Counted from the stretch's first letter, positions 32,405-44,307 are shown. The stretch: DNA of 64,000 nucleotides from Gammaproteobacteria bacterium (GCA_050298595.1 JBNKUM010000115.1:97178-161177); one strand, 5' to 3'. Notes: generated by a model not told the origin, from the letters alone. A program made the numbers and translations.

Positions 32405-32878
32405 TTATCCGGAGAATATTTTCTGCCACCAGTACTTTCTACTACCCGTAGGTGGAAAAGTCTGTTGTAGATCGACGGGGGGCAATAAGCTCATCACCCA
32501 TCCTGGCAGCGGTGGATTTTCACTATAACCGCAAACCACACCAAGGTTGTTTGGGTCATAAATTTTGACCAGAGCGGGCATTTTCATATCATCAACATAG
32601 ACAATGCCGCAGTAATCTTCTGCATGCTCCTTACGCAATAACTCATCGATAGACTGGATGAATTTATCCAGCTGTTCAGGCGTTGCTGGTGTATTTGGTG
32701 GTATTTCTCCGACTGCGTAGATAAACCAGGATTGCTGCTGTTGTAAAACTGTCTCCCACAGTTGGGAAAGATCATCCCACTTCAAAACACCACTGAGAAA
32801 GCCGCGATATTTCTGCAGATAAGCATCTTCTGTTATCGAGCCTTCTTTAATGGCGCTTTCTACAGCAGCTTCAACCAT
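32405..32878 (-). CDS. Conserved hypothetical protein coupled to tldD
   Basis: 157-aa ORF overlapping the tldD stop, with a GGAGG SD; [13 protein letters not shown] and [13 protein letters not shown] motifs. Confidence 0.8.
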   Translation of the reverse strand: MVEAAVESAIKEGSITEDAYLQKYRGFLSGVLKWDDLSQLWETVLQQQQSWFIYAVGEIPPNTPATPEQLDKFIQSIDELLRKEHAEDYCGIVYVDDMKMPALVKIYDPNNLGVVCGYSENPPLPGWVMSLLPPVDLQQTFPPTGSRKYWWQKIFSG

Positions 32879-34316
32879 CGGTACCTCCTACCGTGATTTC
32901 ATCAATTTTCAGCGAGGGCTGCCCAACACCGACCGGTACCGACTGACCATCTTTGCCGCACACACCCACACCACTGTCCAGCGCCAGGTCATTACCAACC
33001 ATGGAAATGCGATTCATGACTTCGGGGCCGGAGCCAATCAGTGTTGCGCCTTTTAACGGACGCCCCAATTTCCCATTGTTTATTTCATAGGCTTCCGATA
33101 GCGAGAATACGAAGCGTCCAGAGGTAATATCAACCTGCCCACCACCAAAATTGACAGCAAAGATACCTTTATCAACGGATTGAATGATTTCTTGCTGCTC
33201 CGATTCCCCCGCCAGCATGTAGGTGTTGGTCATGCGAGGCATGGGTAAATGCGCATAGGATTCACGTCTGCCATTAGAGGTGGACTGGGTACCCATCAGG
33301 CGAGCATTCATTTTATCCTGCATATAGCCCTTGAGGATGCCATTTTCGATCAGCACTGTCGATTGCGCGGCGACCCCTTCATCATCTACTGAAAGCGAAC
33401 CTCGGCGATTGACCAGAGTGCCATCATCCACAATCGTACACAGGGGTGAAGCGACCTGCTGCCCCATTGAGTTACTGAAAGCGGAGGTTCCTTTACGATT
33501 AAAATCACCTTCAAGCCCATGACCCACAGCTTCGTGTAATAACACACCCGGCCAGCCAGCCCCCAGCACCACCGGCATAGTTCCCGCAGGGGTAGGTATA
33601 GATTGCAGATTAACTGCAGCCTGGCGTACTGCTTCGCGTGCATATTCATAAGCGGCATCGCTTTCGAAAAACACGTCGTAATTGTACCGACCTCCACCAC
33701 CCGAGGTTCCCTGTTCACGTCGTCCATTGTCATGCATTAGCACGGTGACGTTTAATCGAACCAGGGGACGAATATCCGCCGCCAGCGTGTCATCGGTAGC
33801 TGCAATCAGGATATGTTCAATACTTCCGCTGAGAGAAATAATCACCTGCTCAATTCGACTGTCAAGTGAACGGGTATAGACATCAAGCTTTTTTAACAGA
33901 TCAACCTTATCGGCAGAGCTGCGGCTGTCTACCGGGTTGAGTGCAGGATAAAGTGCCTCAGAAGGCTTGCTGGATAACATTATTGAGCTGCTAGCATCCT
34001 GCCCCTGACGAGCAATGGCGCGTGCATTTTTTGATGCGGCAGTTAACGCCTGGATACTGATATCGTCGCTATAGGCAAATCCAGTTTTCTCGCCATACAT
34101 GGCGCGTATACCAACTCCGCTTTCGATATTAAATGAACCTTCACGAATGATGCCATCATCCATTACCCAGGATTCCTGCTGCGATACCTGAAAATACAGG
34201 TCGCCGGCATCGATTTGATAATGCTGCAATTGATCCAGCGTTTGCTGGATATGCTGTATTTCTACATCACTAGGCTGAAGGATGACCTGTTCTACAGTGG
34301 ATAAAATATTCGACAT
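32871..34316 (-). CDS. tldD: Metalloprotease TldD
   Basis: [40 protein letters not shown]. Confidence 0.97.
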   Translation of the reverse strand: MSNILSTVEQVILQPSDVEIQHIQQTLDQLQHYQIDAGDLYFQVSQQESWVMDDGIIREGSFNIESGVGIRAMYGEKTGFAYSDDISIQALTAASKNARAIARQGQDASSSIMLSSKPSEALYPALNPVDSRSSADKVDLLKKLDVYTRSLDSRIEQVIISLSGSIEHILIAATDDTLAADIRPLVRLNVTVLMHDNGRREQGTSGGGGRYNYDVFFESDAAYEYAREAVRQAAVNLQSIPTPAGTMPVVLGAGWPGVLLHEAVGHGLEGDFNRKGTSAFSNSMGQQVASPLCTIVDDGTLVNRRGSLSVDDEGVAAQSTVLIENGILKGYMQDKMNARLMGTQSTSNGRRESYAHLPMPRMTNTYMLAGESEQQEIIQSVDKGIFAVNFGGGQVDITSGRFVFSLSEAYEINNGKLGRPLKGATLIGSGPEVMNRISMVGNDLALDSGVGVCGKDGQSVPVGVGQPSLKIDEITVGGTDG

Positions 34317-34318
34317 AA

Positions 34319-35140
34319 TTAATTCAATACTCGGGAAATCTTGCGATGGTTTAATACGGGAAAACGCTCTCGTATCTGTTGTTGCTGGGATAAATTGATA
34401 TCGGCAATAGCGTACCCCGAACCACTGTCGATTTCATCAACCACTTTCCCCCACGGATCTACGATTAAACTGTGTCCATAGGTTTCACGTCCATTAACGT
34501 GATAACCACCCTGGGCGGATGCTGCGAGATAACATAAATTCTCGATGGCTCTGGCTTTCACCAGTGTATGCCAGTGCGCGTTACCGGTAACGGCTGTGAA
34601 TGCAGCTGGCAATACGATTACTTCGGCTCCTTTATCCACCAGCGCCCGGAATAACTCCGGAAAGCGTAAATCATAACAGATTGCCAGCCCCAGTTTCATA
34701 TCACCAACCTGTAGCACCACGACTTCTTCACCCGGCTCGAACATACTGGATTCATGGTATTGCTCGTCACCACCGGGCAACAATACATCGAACAGGTGGA
34801 TCTTATCGTAACGAGAAATGCACTCACCCTGTGGATCATACACCAGTAGTGTATTGCGAATTTTATTTGAATGTTCTGATTTAAGCGGCAAGGTTCCTCC
34901 CACCAGATAAATGCTGTGTTTAGCTGATTGTTGAGATAGAAACTCCTGTAAAGGCCCATCACCAAAAGTCTCTCCAAACTGCAAAATTTCAGCATCCTTC
35001 GCAGTGATCATGCCAAAGTTTTCGGGTAATACGATCACTTCGGCACCATCATCCACTGCATTTTTGATCAGTTTTTCTGCTTCCAGCATATTCCCCTTAA
35101 GGATTGAGCCAGAAGCCATCTGTATCACTGCCATACGCAT
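34319..35140 (-). CDS. Carbon-nitrogen hydrolase (Nit1 / deaminated glutathione amidase family)
   Basis: [20 protein letters not shown] catalytic triad. Confidence 0.93.
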   Translation of the reverse strand: MRMAVIQMASGSILKGNMLEAEKLIKNAVDDGAEVIVLPENFGMITAKDAEILQFGETFGDGPLQEFLSQQSAKHSIYLVGGTLPLKSEHSNKIRNTLLVYDPQGECISRYDKIHLFDVLLPGGDEQYHESSMFEPGEEVVVLQVGDMKLGLAICYDLRFPELFRALVDKGAEVIVLPAAFTAVTGNAHWHTLVKARAIENLCYLAASAQGGYHVNGRETYGHSLIVDPWGKVVDEIDSGSGYAIADINLSQQQQIRERFPVLNHRKISRVLN

Positions 35141-35511
35141 TAGAATTCCAGCTCCTGAGTATGTCCAACCAATATGCGTATTTCACCACTCGACTGAAGC
35201 CCCGGTGAAAGATAGATAGCGTCTGAAGGTACCCCAAGAGAAACTAACCAGTCCTTCAATTCCGCAGCCCACAATTCGCCACTGTCTTCACCAGGATAAC
35301 TCAGCTTTAAACCTGCATCATCCAGGCTGCCCCAGTAACTTACGGCAAGCCTTAATGGCTCCATTTGTGGCAATACATCCCCAGTTCTGGGCCTTGCCCA
35401 GCTATCAGCGCTAAGGTTAAAAATCCTCAGCGAATTTGCCTGCAAGGGTAAGCAGGTCAGCAGAAGGATTAATATCAGTCCTCGATAAATCAGATGACGT
35501 GTTTTAATCAT
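35140..35511 (-). CDS. Small exported hypothetical protein
   Basis: 123 aa with signal-peptide-like N-terminus; overlaps the yhdP stop and the nitrilase start. Confidence 0.75.
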   Translation of the reverse strand: MIKTRHLIYRGLILILLLTCLPLQANSLRIFNLSADSWARPRTGDVLPQMEPLRLAVSYWGSLDDAGLKLSYPGEDSGELWAAELKDWLVSLGVPSDAIYLSPGLQSSGEIRILVGHTQELEF

Positions 35512-38500
35512 TGTAAACGATTACTCTCAGGTTGAATTGGATTATCGGATTTGGGCGTATAGTCTGGTTTTTCAATCAACTCAATATCTGGATTTTCCCA
35601 GGTACCACTGACTTTATATTCTATTTCAACACTTTTTTCGATGGGTTTCTTGAAAATTTTCTGGATAAGCAGTAATCCCCAGCCCACTGTGTTGCTGATA
35701 GCCAGCGAGCCAATGACCGGTAGTGTCTCTCCAATTTTTGGCACTATAACCATTATTTGATCATAGGTTTTTTCTCGCAGGTTGGTGCTGCCATAAATAT
35801 TAACTTTTGCAGAATCAGAATCCATCGAAGCATTCTCTGTATCCATAATTTCGCCATGGATATTAAAGCGCCCCTTAATATCGTTAAACTGCATGCCTTT
35901 ATTTATAACATCGCCAAAATCCAGAAATAAACGTTTTGGCAGTGCATTTAAACTTAATAACCCAACAAAACGTCCAGCACCAGGCTCTACATTTCGCAAA
36001 TAACCATCTTCAAGTGAAAGTTCAACTTCTCCGATCAGAGTTTCCCAGTTCATTTTAAATAAGCTATCACCCCATCCAATCTGACCATTGAATTTAACCC
36101 TGCCACCCTGAATTGTCTCTCCCAATCCTAGATTATTAATAGTTGCACCAAAATTCTCACCCCTGAGATCGATATTGAATACACTCACATGCTGTTTGCT
36201 TTCAGCATTAAACTGCCAGTGCCCGGATGATTTTAACTGCACCTGGTCTTTTGCAAAATCCAGTTGGTCGATAACAAACATATTGGATTGATTACTGGTT
36301 TTTAATTTGAAGTCCCTAAATGTCATGGATCCTAAGAAGGCGAGTTTACTGCTGATATTTAAATTCGGCATATCTGTAATATCAGGGTTCACTTTTTTAT
36401 CTGCATCGTTTTTTTTGTCAGCATCCATTTTTTGCCATCGGATATAATCCAGCTCCGCAGATATTGGTTTTGATGCAGTATATTTGAATGGAATGACTAT
36501 ACGACCTTTGATTAGCGATGAAGTCACATCCCCCACTAAAGCACTATTATCATTCGACATTTGTATTTGAGTATCTTTGACTTTCTGGTTAGCCAACTCG
36601 CAATCCTGTATGCGTAAGTCAACAGAGCTGATCTGTTCTAATAGCGAAATTGAGCTAACCTGATCACTTCCAAAATAGGTTTTATAATAATCTGTCCAGC
36701 CATTAATATTTACCTTATCAATATTTCCCATCAGCTCTAAGCCTTGCTGTGGGATTTCAGGTTTATTACCCTCACCAAACATCACAGCCATGGATTGCAA
36801 CTGATAACTGCCCTGCTTATCCAGCTGCAATCTTCCTGAACTGGAAAAAACATCACCCATTTTCAACGCATATTCCAAGTCACGATTTTTAATAGTAATA
36901 TCGGTTTTAACAGCCTGTATAGCAGCCGTGTCAAGGCTAATTGGTTGCGGAAAATTTAACTGAGTCCCCTTTAAATAGGAACTCGCTTTTACACTAACTC
37001 CTTTTTTTTCATACCCATCGTGATCATTCGGAATTGAGACATCTACACTCCAGTTACTTTTCCCTTTCACAGGTTTACTTAAATAATCAGGCAATGCCGT
37101 CATAAGTCCTGATGTATCCATATCTCCCAGCATTGTGATATTGATAGCATGATTGATTCTATCGCTATCAATATTCAGCACAACCGGGTCGTGCCTATAA
37201 CGCCCTTTAATTTTACTGGCTGTTAGATTTTCATTATCAACTTTCAACTTACCATTTATCTTATCCAGCTCGACCATCCAGTTCGGTATAAATAACTTTA
37301 CATTCTGCAAGCGGGTATTAGCCTGAACTGAAACTCTCTTTTTTGAGTCAGCTTCAAGTGGAATAAAAATATCCACATCACTAGCAATCAATCCTGAAAC
37401 GCTATGTTTCTGAGTTTTAATTTCATCAAAAAAATTGAGGACTGGTAGCGCACTTAAAGTATCTAGCAAATCATCAGCACTTGCATCGCTTTTAGCATGA
37501 ATAAACAATTCAGCATTCATCAAATCTGGGATGCTTACCTCTACCTGATCAACTTCAGTAGCGGCAAATTTCGTCTGTGAGAATTTGATATCCATTGCGG
37601 TATTATGAAAACTCACGATTCCTTTCCCACCGCTGACCGATGGCCATCCACCATAGATATCTATTTCTGGATTTTCAGCATTGAATAGCGCATGAAATTC
37701 ACCTGCCTGATGTTGCTGCAATACAGACAGGTTTTGCAGGCGTCCATGAAACAGGAGTTCACCATCAATTACATGTGCATCTTTTATCGAGCTATCGAGC
37801 CAGGCCAGGGTTTTCTCTGGTATCACGGTAACGGGTAAATACCTTGAGGTAGAGCTCCCTTTTCCATCCTGATAATGCGCTCTCAGGCCCATAAATGGTA
37901 CACCCTGCTGAGGGATCTCCAGCCAGGCATGCCCCTTAAGCTTGATATCATTATTGCTCATGATAAATTCATCCGACTCCAGTAACAACTGATCTGCTAT
38001 CTGGCTAAACCTGATATTAGCGTTGAATGCTGCTAACTTAATTGGCAGTCTAAATAACTCGCCAAAATCAACTGAAAGCCGTGATGATGATAACTGAATC
38101 TCACCTTTTCCATTCGATACTTTCACTTTTCCTGCCAAACCATTCACAGCGGGTATCTGCCCGTCTCGCTGACTTCTTAAATGCTCAAAATCAAAGCTCA
38201 GGGTAGACTGATTAATATCGTTGACATCAAATTCTGCCACAAAGTTTTTTATCTTTGCACGTAGCGCTATGCGATTAATCAGACTGAATGATTCTTCATT
38301 GCGGATGATATCGGATAAAAGTATCTGTAAGGCTTGAAGATCAATGCCATCAACCCATACTTTAGGTCTTGCATGCGCTTGATCGATAATTAATCGTGAA
38401 TTAAAACCAGGCAGCCTACTCTGCCCCCTATACACATGATCAAATTCACTATCTATTTGCCAGTCGCCCTGTAGATAAATCGCTTTTTGATGAAGTTTGA

Positions 38501-39404
38501 ATCTTATTTCCTGATTCATTTCATCGCTTACTTGCTGTAGACCAGCCTGATCACCACTAATACCTGAAGTAACAACTTCAGAAAACTCGGCATCATTGAT
38601 AATTTGACGGGGCTGATAATGAGCCATATTGATCCAGCTTTTTAAACTGACTCTGGCTTCGTCCACACCGGGCACCTTGATATCAAACAACTGAGCTAAA
38701 CTGGCAAGCCCAACAGCATCAACATCCAGATACATTTGTTGCGACTCGGCATCGCCGATTAATTTTACATTCAACTGCTTACCCAGTGCTGCCGGTAATT
38801 GACTATTTAGAGTTAGCGATAATAAATCTCCAGCTCTGGAACTGTGTAACCCCGTTCTCTGGATCAGGTACTCAGTATCATTATATTTATCAAGAATTTG
38901 AAGTATTCGGATATCGATACTGACAAAATCGGGGAGACGAGAAAAAAAAGCGTGCACATCAAGTTTATCTTCGATGTTTTGCTGACCTTTTAAGGGTATA
39001 TCCTTTAGCCACCAGTTAGCAGACTTATCTCTCACAACAATCAATTTTTCTATCTTGCTGTGCAACGACAATAGTTTGAGTTCCCCATGTAGCAGGGTAG
39101 AAAACAGTTTTACACTGAGTTCAAGCTGATTAATAGATAGCGCTTGCGAACGCCCGGGTATGCTAAGTGATGCCCCATGAATTTTTAGTATTGGATGAAA
39201 ACCCCGCCAACTACCCTCCACAGATTCCAGCGATACGCCTGTGATTCCATATGCAGCGAGTTCGCTTTCAATTTCAGACTTAAAGTGATCAACCTGTGCA
39301 ATCAAAACACGCCCTGTCAAACTCAATGAAGCCGTGACAAAAACTAAAATAATAATGAGTCGCAAGCTGACATGCGCCATGATTGCGCTTGTTCTAACAA
39401 GCAT
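35508..39404 (-). CDS. yhdP: YhdP/AsmA2 family phospholipid-bridge protein
   Basis: 1298 aa, N-terminal TM, WLDSSI..G, GAGRFVGLLSLNALPKRLFLDF, YKVSGTWENP; rng-yhdP-tldD synteny. Confidence 0.92.
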   Translation of the reverse strand: MLVRTSAIMAHVSLRLIIILVFVTASLSLTGRVLIAQVDHFKSEIESELAAYGITGVSLESVEGSWRGFHPILKIHGASLSIPGRSQALSINQLELSVKLFSTLLHGELKLLSLHSKIEKLIVVRDKSANWWLKDIPLKGQQNIEDKLDVHAFFSRLPDFVSIDIRILQILDKYNDTEYLIQRTGLHSSRAGDLLSLTLNSQLPAALGKQLNVKLIGDAESQQMYLDVDAVGLASLAQLFDIKVPGVDEARVSLKSWINMAHYQPRQIINDAEFSEVVTSGISGDQAGLQQVSDEMNQEIRFKLHQKAIYLQGDWQIDSEFDHVYRGQSRLPGFNSRLIIDQAHARPKVWVDGIDLQALQILLSDIIRNEESFSLINRIALRAKIKNFVAEFDVNDINQSTLSFDFEHLRSQRDGQIPAVNGLAGKVKVSNGKGEIQLSSSRLSVDFGELFRLPIKLAAFNANIRFSQIADQLLLESDEFIMSNNDIKLKGHAWLEIPQQGVPFMGLRAHYQDGKGSSTSRYLPVTVIPEKTLAWLDSSIKDAHVIDGELLFHGRLQNLSVLQQHQAGEFHALFNAENPEIDIYGGWPSVSGGKGIVSFHNTAMDIKFSQTKFAATEVDQVEVSIPDLMNAELFIHAKSDASADDLLDTLSALPVLNFFDEIKTQKHSVSGLIASDVDIFIPLEADSKKRVSVQANTRLQNVKLFIPNWMVELDKINGKLKVDNENLTASKIKGRYRHDPVVLNIDSDRINHAINITMLGDMDTSGLMTALPDYLSKPVKGKSNWSVDVSIPNDHDGYEKKGVSVKASSYLKGTQLNFPQPISLDTAAIQAVKTDITIKNRDLEYALKMGDVFSSSGRLQLDKQGSYQLQSMAVMFGEGNKPEIPQQGLELMGNIDKVNINGWTDYYKTYFGSDQVSSISLLEQISSVDLRIQDCELANQKVKDTQIQMSNDNSALVGDVTSSLIKGRIVIPFKYTASKPISAELDYIRWQKMDADKKNDADKKVNPDITDMPNLNISSKLAFLGSMTFRDFKLKTSNQSNMFVIDQLDFAKDQVQLKSSGHWQFNAESKQHVSVFNIDLRGENFGATINNLGLGETIQGGRVKFNGQIGWGDSLFKMNWETLIGEVELSLEDGYLRNVEPGAGRFVGLLSLNALPKRLFLDFGDVINKGMQFNDIKGRFNIHGEIMDTENASMDSDSAKVNIYGSTNLREKTYDQIMVIVPKIGETLPVIGSLAISNTVGWGLLLIQKIFKKPIEKSVEIEYKVSGTWENPDIELIEKPDYTPKSDNPIQPESNRLQ

Positions 39405-39477
39405 TACAGAGTATCCAGACAGACTGATAAAACATGGTTTTAAATGCTCGAGTTACAGAACAATTACTGCTGCGGCT

Positions 39478-40956
39478 TCAGACTGGCACCACGTCGTAAT
39501 TCTCCTGCGAATAATAACTTTCTACCTGTAGTTTGACCGGAATTTTAATAAAGGTTTCAAGTTCGGCCAGGTTACTTGCTTCTTCATCGAGTAATGCTTC
39601 AATTACATTTTGATTCGCCATCAACAGTAACTGCTTGGCTTCGTCATACAGACGTGCTTCACGTAGCAATTCCCTGAAGATTTCGTAGCATACGGTTTGC
39701 ACTGTTTTCTGGGTACCTCTACCGGAACAGGTACTACAGGTTTCACATAAAATATGCTCCAGACTTTCACGCGTCCGTTTACGCGTCATTTCAACCAATC
39801 CAAGCGGCGATACCTCGCACACCTGAGTTTTCGCATGATCACGTTCCAGATATTTTTCCAGAGACTTGATAACCTGTCTTTTGTGTTCTTCCAGCACCAT
39901 ATCGATAAAATCGATAATAATAATGCCACCCAGATTTCGTAAGCGCAGTTGACGAGCAATCGCCTGCGCCGCTTCCATATTGGTTTTAAAGATAGTTTCT
40001 TCAAGATTTTGATGCCCAACAAAAGCACCGGTGTTGATATCCACTGTCGTCATAGCTTCAGTTTGATCGAAAATCAGATAACCACCCGACTTCAGTTCTA
40101 CCTTACGGCCCAGTGCGCGCTGAATTTCATCATCGATATTGTATAAATCAAATAAGGGGCGATCACCTGGGTAGTGCTCAATTTTACAGGGTAAGTCAGG
40201 AATATATTTGTTCGCGAAGCGCTGTAGCTTTTGATAGGTCTCTCTGGAATCTACCTTCACCGTACTGGTTTCGTTACTCACCATATCACGTAAGGTACGT
40301 ATCGCCAGTGGCAGATCCTCGTGCAAAATGGTACCTGGCTTCGCGGTTTTGGCCTGTTCCAGCAAGCTATCCCAGAGCGTGCATAGAAACTTGATATCAC
40401 GATTGAGTTCCTCATCAACCACGCCTTCTGCTGCAGTTCGAACAATACAGCCTCCAGTCCTGTTTTCAGTCATACAGCTGGATAGCAGACTACGAAGACG
40501 TTCCCGTTCTTCCTCTTCCTCAATCTTGACTGAAATACCAATTAGTGAAGAATTTGGCATATACACAAGATATCGAGAAGGTACTGAAATACTGGTGGAT
40601 AATCTAGCTCCTTTAGTACCAATGGGATCTTTTACCACCTGCACCAACAGGCTTTGTCCCTCATGTAACAATTCATTGATCGCTGGCCTGACAAAATCCT
40701 CAGCGTTTTCATCATCATCCGTGCTCAGGTCAAAATCTGACACATGCAAAAATCCTGAGCGTTCTAATCCAATATCCACGAATGCTGCCTCCATCCCTGG
40801 CAGCACGCGATTTACCTTACCTTTATAGATATTGCCTACTATGCCCCTATTGCCAGTGCGCTCTATACAGACTTCTTGCAAGGATGCATTTTCTACGATA
40901 GCAACACGGGTTTCCTGTGGCGTTACATTGATCAGTATATCTTCATTGTTTGTCAT
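39478..40956 (-). CDS. rng: Ribonuclease G
   Basis: ILINVTPQETRVA, GNIYKG, QLRLRNLGGIIIIDFIDM, EMTRKRTRESL. Confidence 0.97.
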   Translation of the reverse strand: MTNNEDILINVTPQETRVAIVENASLQEVCIERTGNRGIVGNIYKGKVNRVLPGMEAAFVDIGLERSGFLHVSDFDLSTDDDENAEDFVRPAINELLHEGQSLLVQVVKDPIGTKGARLSTSISVPSRYLVYMPNSSLIGISVKIEEEEERERLRSLLSSCMTENRTGGCIVRTAAEGVVDEELNRDIKFLCTLWDSLLEQAKTAKPGTILHEDLPLAIRTLRDMVSNETSTVKVDSRETYQKLQRFANKYIPDLPCKIEHYPGDRPLFDLYNIDDEIQRALGRKVELKSGGYLIFDQTEAMTTVDINTGAFVGHQNLEETIFKTNMEAAQAIARQLRLRNLGGIIIIDFIDMVLEEHKRQVIKSLEKYLERDHAKTQVCEVSPLGLVEMTRKRTRESLEHILCETCSTCSGRGTQKTVQTVCYEIFRELLREARLYDEAKQLLLMANQNVIEALLDEEASNLAELETFIKIPVKLQVESYYSQENYDVVPV

Positions 40957-41546
40957 GTTAACTCTTGGTCTAAAAGATTGAATCCGACCTTTTGAAGTAG
41001 CTGAGCAGTTTCGTATAAAGGTAATCCCATCACTGACGAATAACTGCCCTGCATATTTTCTATGAAAATGGCGGCCTTACCCTGTATGGCATAAGCTCCA
41101 GCCTTATCTCTCGGTTCCTCAAGATGGCAATACCGTTCGATTTCTTCTGGTCGTAAATTTCGAAACTTTATTCTGTTATAGCTGGTAGTCTGATAAATTT
41201 CACCCTTCTTTCCTACCAGGGCTATGGCACTCAGTACCTGATGTTCTTTTCCGGATAATAAGCTCAGGATCTCTCGGCAATTGTGTTCTGATTCAGGCTT
41301 TCCGATCACCCTGCCCTGAATCTCAATTAAAGTATCTGAAGCCAGAACCCAATCGTCTGACTGCATATTGGTTAATTGCTGACACCCTTTGAGAGCTTTC
41401 TGTCGACTTAACCGAGCTGCGGTTTCTGAGGGCGATTCATGCTCAATCGGGATTTCATCTATTTCACCATCGATTATGTTAAATTTGATGCCGATCTGCC
41501 TTAACAGTTCAGCTCGACGTGGAGATTGAGAAGCCAGGTATAACAT
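40953..41546 (-). CDS. maf: Maf family nucleotide pyrophosphatase (YhdE)
   Basis: LASQSPRRAELL, DKAGAYAIQG, SVMGLP. Confidence 0.95.
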   Translation of the reverse strand: MLYLASQSPRRAELLRQIGIKFNIIDGEIDEIPIEHESPSETAARLSRQKALKGCQQLTNMQSDDWVLASDTLIEIQGRVIGKPESEHNCREILSLLSGKEHQVLSAIALVGKKGEIYQTTSYNRIKFRNLRPEEIERYCHLEEPRDKAGAYAIQGKAAIFIENMQGSYSSVMGLPLYETAQLLQKVGFNLLDQELT

Positions 41547-41555
41547 CAGCTGTTT

Positions 41556-42023
41556 TTATTCACGGTGATAAGGGTGGCCTTCAACTACTGACCAGGCTCG
41601 ATATAGTTGCTCTATCAGCACCACCCGAGCAAGGCCATGAGGTAACGTCATACGGCCTAATGCGATGGTTTGATCAGCCATAGAGAGAATTTCCGGAGCC
41701 AGGCCATCGGGACCTCCAATAATGAAATTCACCATCGGGTGATACAGTAACCAGTCACGATATTGCTCAGCCCACTGCTGGGTGGACCATTGTTTACCAT
41801 GTTCATCCAGTGCAATATTCAGGCTGCCGGTTTTAATTTTAGTTTTTATTTTTTCCGCTTCCTGTTGCTGTAACCTGGCTACAGTTTGACCGGATTTACG
41901 TTGCGCAGTAGCGATACAACTAAGACTAAGCTGCCGGCCCGGCAGGCGTTTCAGATAATCATTACTAGCCTGATCAACCCAGGCTGGCATTTTCTGACCG
42001 ACCGCAATGATCTGTAACTTCAT
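41556..42023 (-). CDS. rlmH: 23S rRNA pseudouridine1915 N3-methyltransferase
   Basis: IIGGPDG, TLPHGLARVVLIEQLYRA, HPYHRE. Confidence 0.96.
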   Translation of the reverse strand: MKLQIIAVGQKMPAWVDQASNDYLKRLPGRQLSLSCIATAQRKSGQTVARLQQQEAEKIKTKIKTGSLNIALDEHGKQWSTQQWAEQYRDWLLYHPMVNFIIGGPDGLAPEILSMADQTIALGRMTLPHGLARVVLIEQLYRAWSVVEGHPYHRE

Positions 42024-42043
42024 AACGAGTTAAACCCGCTAGC

Positions 42044-42391
42044 TCAGGTTTTCGGTTCCAGCTGCTCTTTCCATAGTCGTTCGATATCATAAAACTCACG
42101 CGTATCGGGAACCATAATATGAACAACCACGTCCCCCAGATCGATCAAAACCCAGTCACCCACATCTTCACCTTCCATACCCAATACCGTAACACCTGCT
42201 TTTTTAGCAGCATCCTGCACCGAGTTAGCTATGGATTTTACATGGCGGGTAGAAGTGCCACTGGCAAAGACCATACGGTCGGTAAATCCGGCAACCCCTT
42301 CAACATTGATATACTTGATATCGACTGCCTTCAGATCATCCAGGGCCTGGATAACTATTTGTTGTAATTCTTCAATTGTGTGTTCAGACAT
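42044..42391 (-). CDS. rsfS: Ribosome silencing factor
   Basis: ASGTSTRHV, WVLIDLGDVVVHIM, REFYDIERLW. Confidence 0.96.
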   Translation of the reverse strand: MSEHTIEELQQIVIQALDDLKAVDIKYINVEGVAGFTDRMVFASGTSTRHVKSIANSVQDAAKKAGVTVLGMEGEDVGDWVLIDLGDVVVHIMVPDTREFYDIERLWKEQLEPKT

Positions 42392-43006
42392 TCATGACTC
42401 ATAAAAATGGTTTTGCAAAATAAAGTTTAACACAGGCTGTGGTAAACAGCCGGTTACAGACTCAGCATTTTTTAATTGCTGGCGAATTTCAGTGGAGCTA
42501 CATGGATTAGGTGACATCTGGAAAAAATCGATCTTACCTGCTGGATATAGATGTAGATTGTCAGCATCATCCAGAAAATGACTCGACCATTGCTGTTCAA
42601 TGTTTTCAACACCGGGCCTGGAGCAGACGATCAAATGCGCCAACTGTAGAATTCCCTCAGGGTTTTTCCAGCTACTGAAACTATTGAATGAATCCAGCCC
42701 CATTAACCAGCACAGCACCGCATCAGGCTGCCTGGTTTTGATCTCGGATAAGGTATCAAAGGTATAGGAGGCTCCACCTCTTTCCAGCTCCAGGGTATTT
42801 AACTGAAAGTACTCACAGGGTTGAATGGCCAGTTCAACCATTCGTTTCCTTTGTTCGGCTGACGCCTGTGGCCGATCTCGATGCACGGGTAAATGACAGG
42901 GTACAAAGTCGATTTGCTGGAATGAATAGGCATTCAGTAACTGCTGTGCCAGTTGAAGATGCCCATTGTGTACAGGGTTAAAGGTACCACCAAACAGGCC
43001 AATCAT
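42392..43006 (-). CDS. nadD: Nicotinate-nucleotide adenylyltransferase
   Basis: GGTFNPVHNGH, SYTFDTL, SSTEIR. Confidence 0.96.
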   Translation of the reverse strand: MIGLFGGTFNPVHNGHLQLAQQLLNAYSFQQIDFVPCHLPVHRDRPQASAEQRKRMVELAIQPCEYFQLNTLELERGGASYTFDTLSEIKTRQPDAVLCWLMGLDSFNSFSSWKNPEGILQLAHLIVCSRPGVENIEQQWSSHFLDDADNLHLYPAGKIDFFQMSPNPCSSTEIRQQLKNAESVTGCLPQPVLNFILQNHFYES

Positions 43007-43027
43007 TGATTAAACAACAAGCCTGCG

Positions 43028-44305
43028 TTACTGGCGGATATGGCCATCGCCAAATACGATATATTTTTGCGAAGTCAAACCCTGTAAACCGACTGGGCCA
43101 CGCGCATGTATTTTATCAGTGCTAATGCCTATCTCTGCACCCAGACCATACTCAAAGCCATCGGCAAAGCGTGTCGAAGCATTGATCATAACTGAACTGG
43201 AATCTACTGCGCGCAGGAATTTGCGTGCCCGGGTGTAATTTTCGGTCACTATGCTATCGGTATGATGAGATCCATGCCGGTTGATGTGCTCAATGGCCTG
43301 CTGCATATCCTGCACGATACGGATCGATAAAATCGGCGCCAGATACTCAGTATCCCAGTCTTCTTCAGTTGCCGCTTTCATTTCTGCTACGATTTGGCGA
43401 CTTCGCTCACAGCCTCTCAACTCAACCCCTTTTTCGATATAGGCTGCTGCAAGCTGCGGTAATACCTGCTCTGCTACGGCGTCGGCTATCAATAATGTTT
43501 CCATCGCATTACACACGCCATAGCGATGGGTTTTGGCATTAAAGGCAATTTTGTGCGCCTTATCCAGATCAGCCTGATCATCGATATACACATGACAGAT
43601 ACCATCCAGATGCTTAATCACAGGAATAGTTGCTTCGCGTGAAACACGTTCAATCAGGCCCTTGCCACCGCGCGGAATGATCACATCGATAAACTCATTC
43701 ATGGTCAACATCATGCCAACAGCCGCACGGTCTACAGTATTAATAACCTGCACCGAATGCTCGGGCAAGCCGGCGACGTTCAGGCCCTGCTGAATGCATT
43801 CAGTGATTGCCTGATTAGAGTGCAGTGCTTCCTTACCACCGCGCAAAATAGTCGCATTACCCGATTTCAGACACAGAGCACCCGCATCAATGGTTACGTT
43901 GGGACGTGATTCGTAAATAATGCCGATAACCCCCAGAGGTACCCGCATCTTGCCTACCTGAATACCGGAGGGCAGAAAATCCATATCAGAAATCTCTCCA
44001 ACAGGATCGGGTAAGGTACTGATTTGCTGCAAACCCTCGACCATGCCTTGAATACGATTATCATCCAGTAATAAACGATCCAGCATCGCGGCATCCAGAC
44101 CATCTTTTCGGCCCTGCTCCAGATCCAGAGCATTGGCTTGCTTTATTTGTTCAGCACCGCTTACCAGCGCATCGGCTATCGCCAGCAGGGCTGCATTTTT
44201 CTGTGCTGGCTCAGCATTGGCCAGAATAGTGGACGCCGAACGTGCCTGATTACCAAGCTGTGACATGTACTGCAGCAGAGTCTGCTGCTCTAAAATTGCA
44301 TTCAT
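43028..44305 (-). CDS. proA: Gamma-glutamyl phosphate reductase
   Basis: [43 protein letters not shown]. Confidence 0.98.
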   Translation of the reverse strand: MNAILEQQTLLQYMSQLGNQARSASTILANAEPAQKNAALLAIADALVSGAEQIKQANALDLEQGRKDGLDAAMLDRLLLDDNRIQGMVEGLQQISTLPDPVGEISDMDFLPSGIQVGKMRVPLGVIGIIYESRPNVTIDAGALCLKSGNATILRGGKEALHSNQAITECIQQGLNVAGLPEHSVQVINTVDRAAVGMMLTMNEFIDVIIPRGGKGLIERVSREATIPVIKHLDGICHVYIDDQADLDKAHKIAFNAKTHRYGVCNAMETLLIADAVAEQVLPQLAAAYIEKGVELRGCERSRQIVAEMKAATEEDWDTEYLAPILSIRIVQDMQQAIEHINRHGSHHTDSIVTENYTRARKFLRAVDSSSVMINASTRFADGFEYGLGAEIGISTDKIHARGPVGLQGLTSQKYIVFGDGHIRQ

Positions 44306-44307
44306 TG

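Noticed and set aside
36393-36425. DADKK-N-DADKK duplication with a T8 run in yhdP
   Set aside because: In-frame 18-bp micro-duplication in a likely loop; no sign of phase variation
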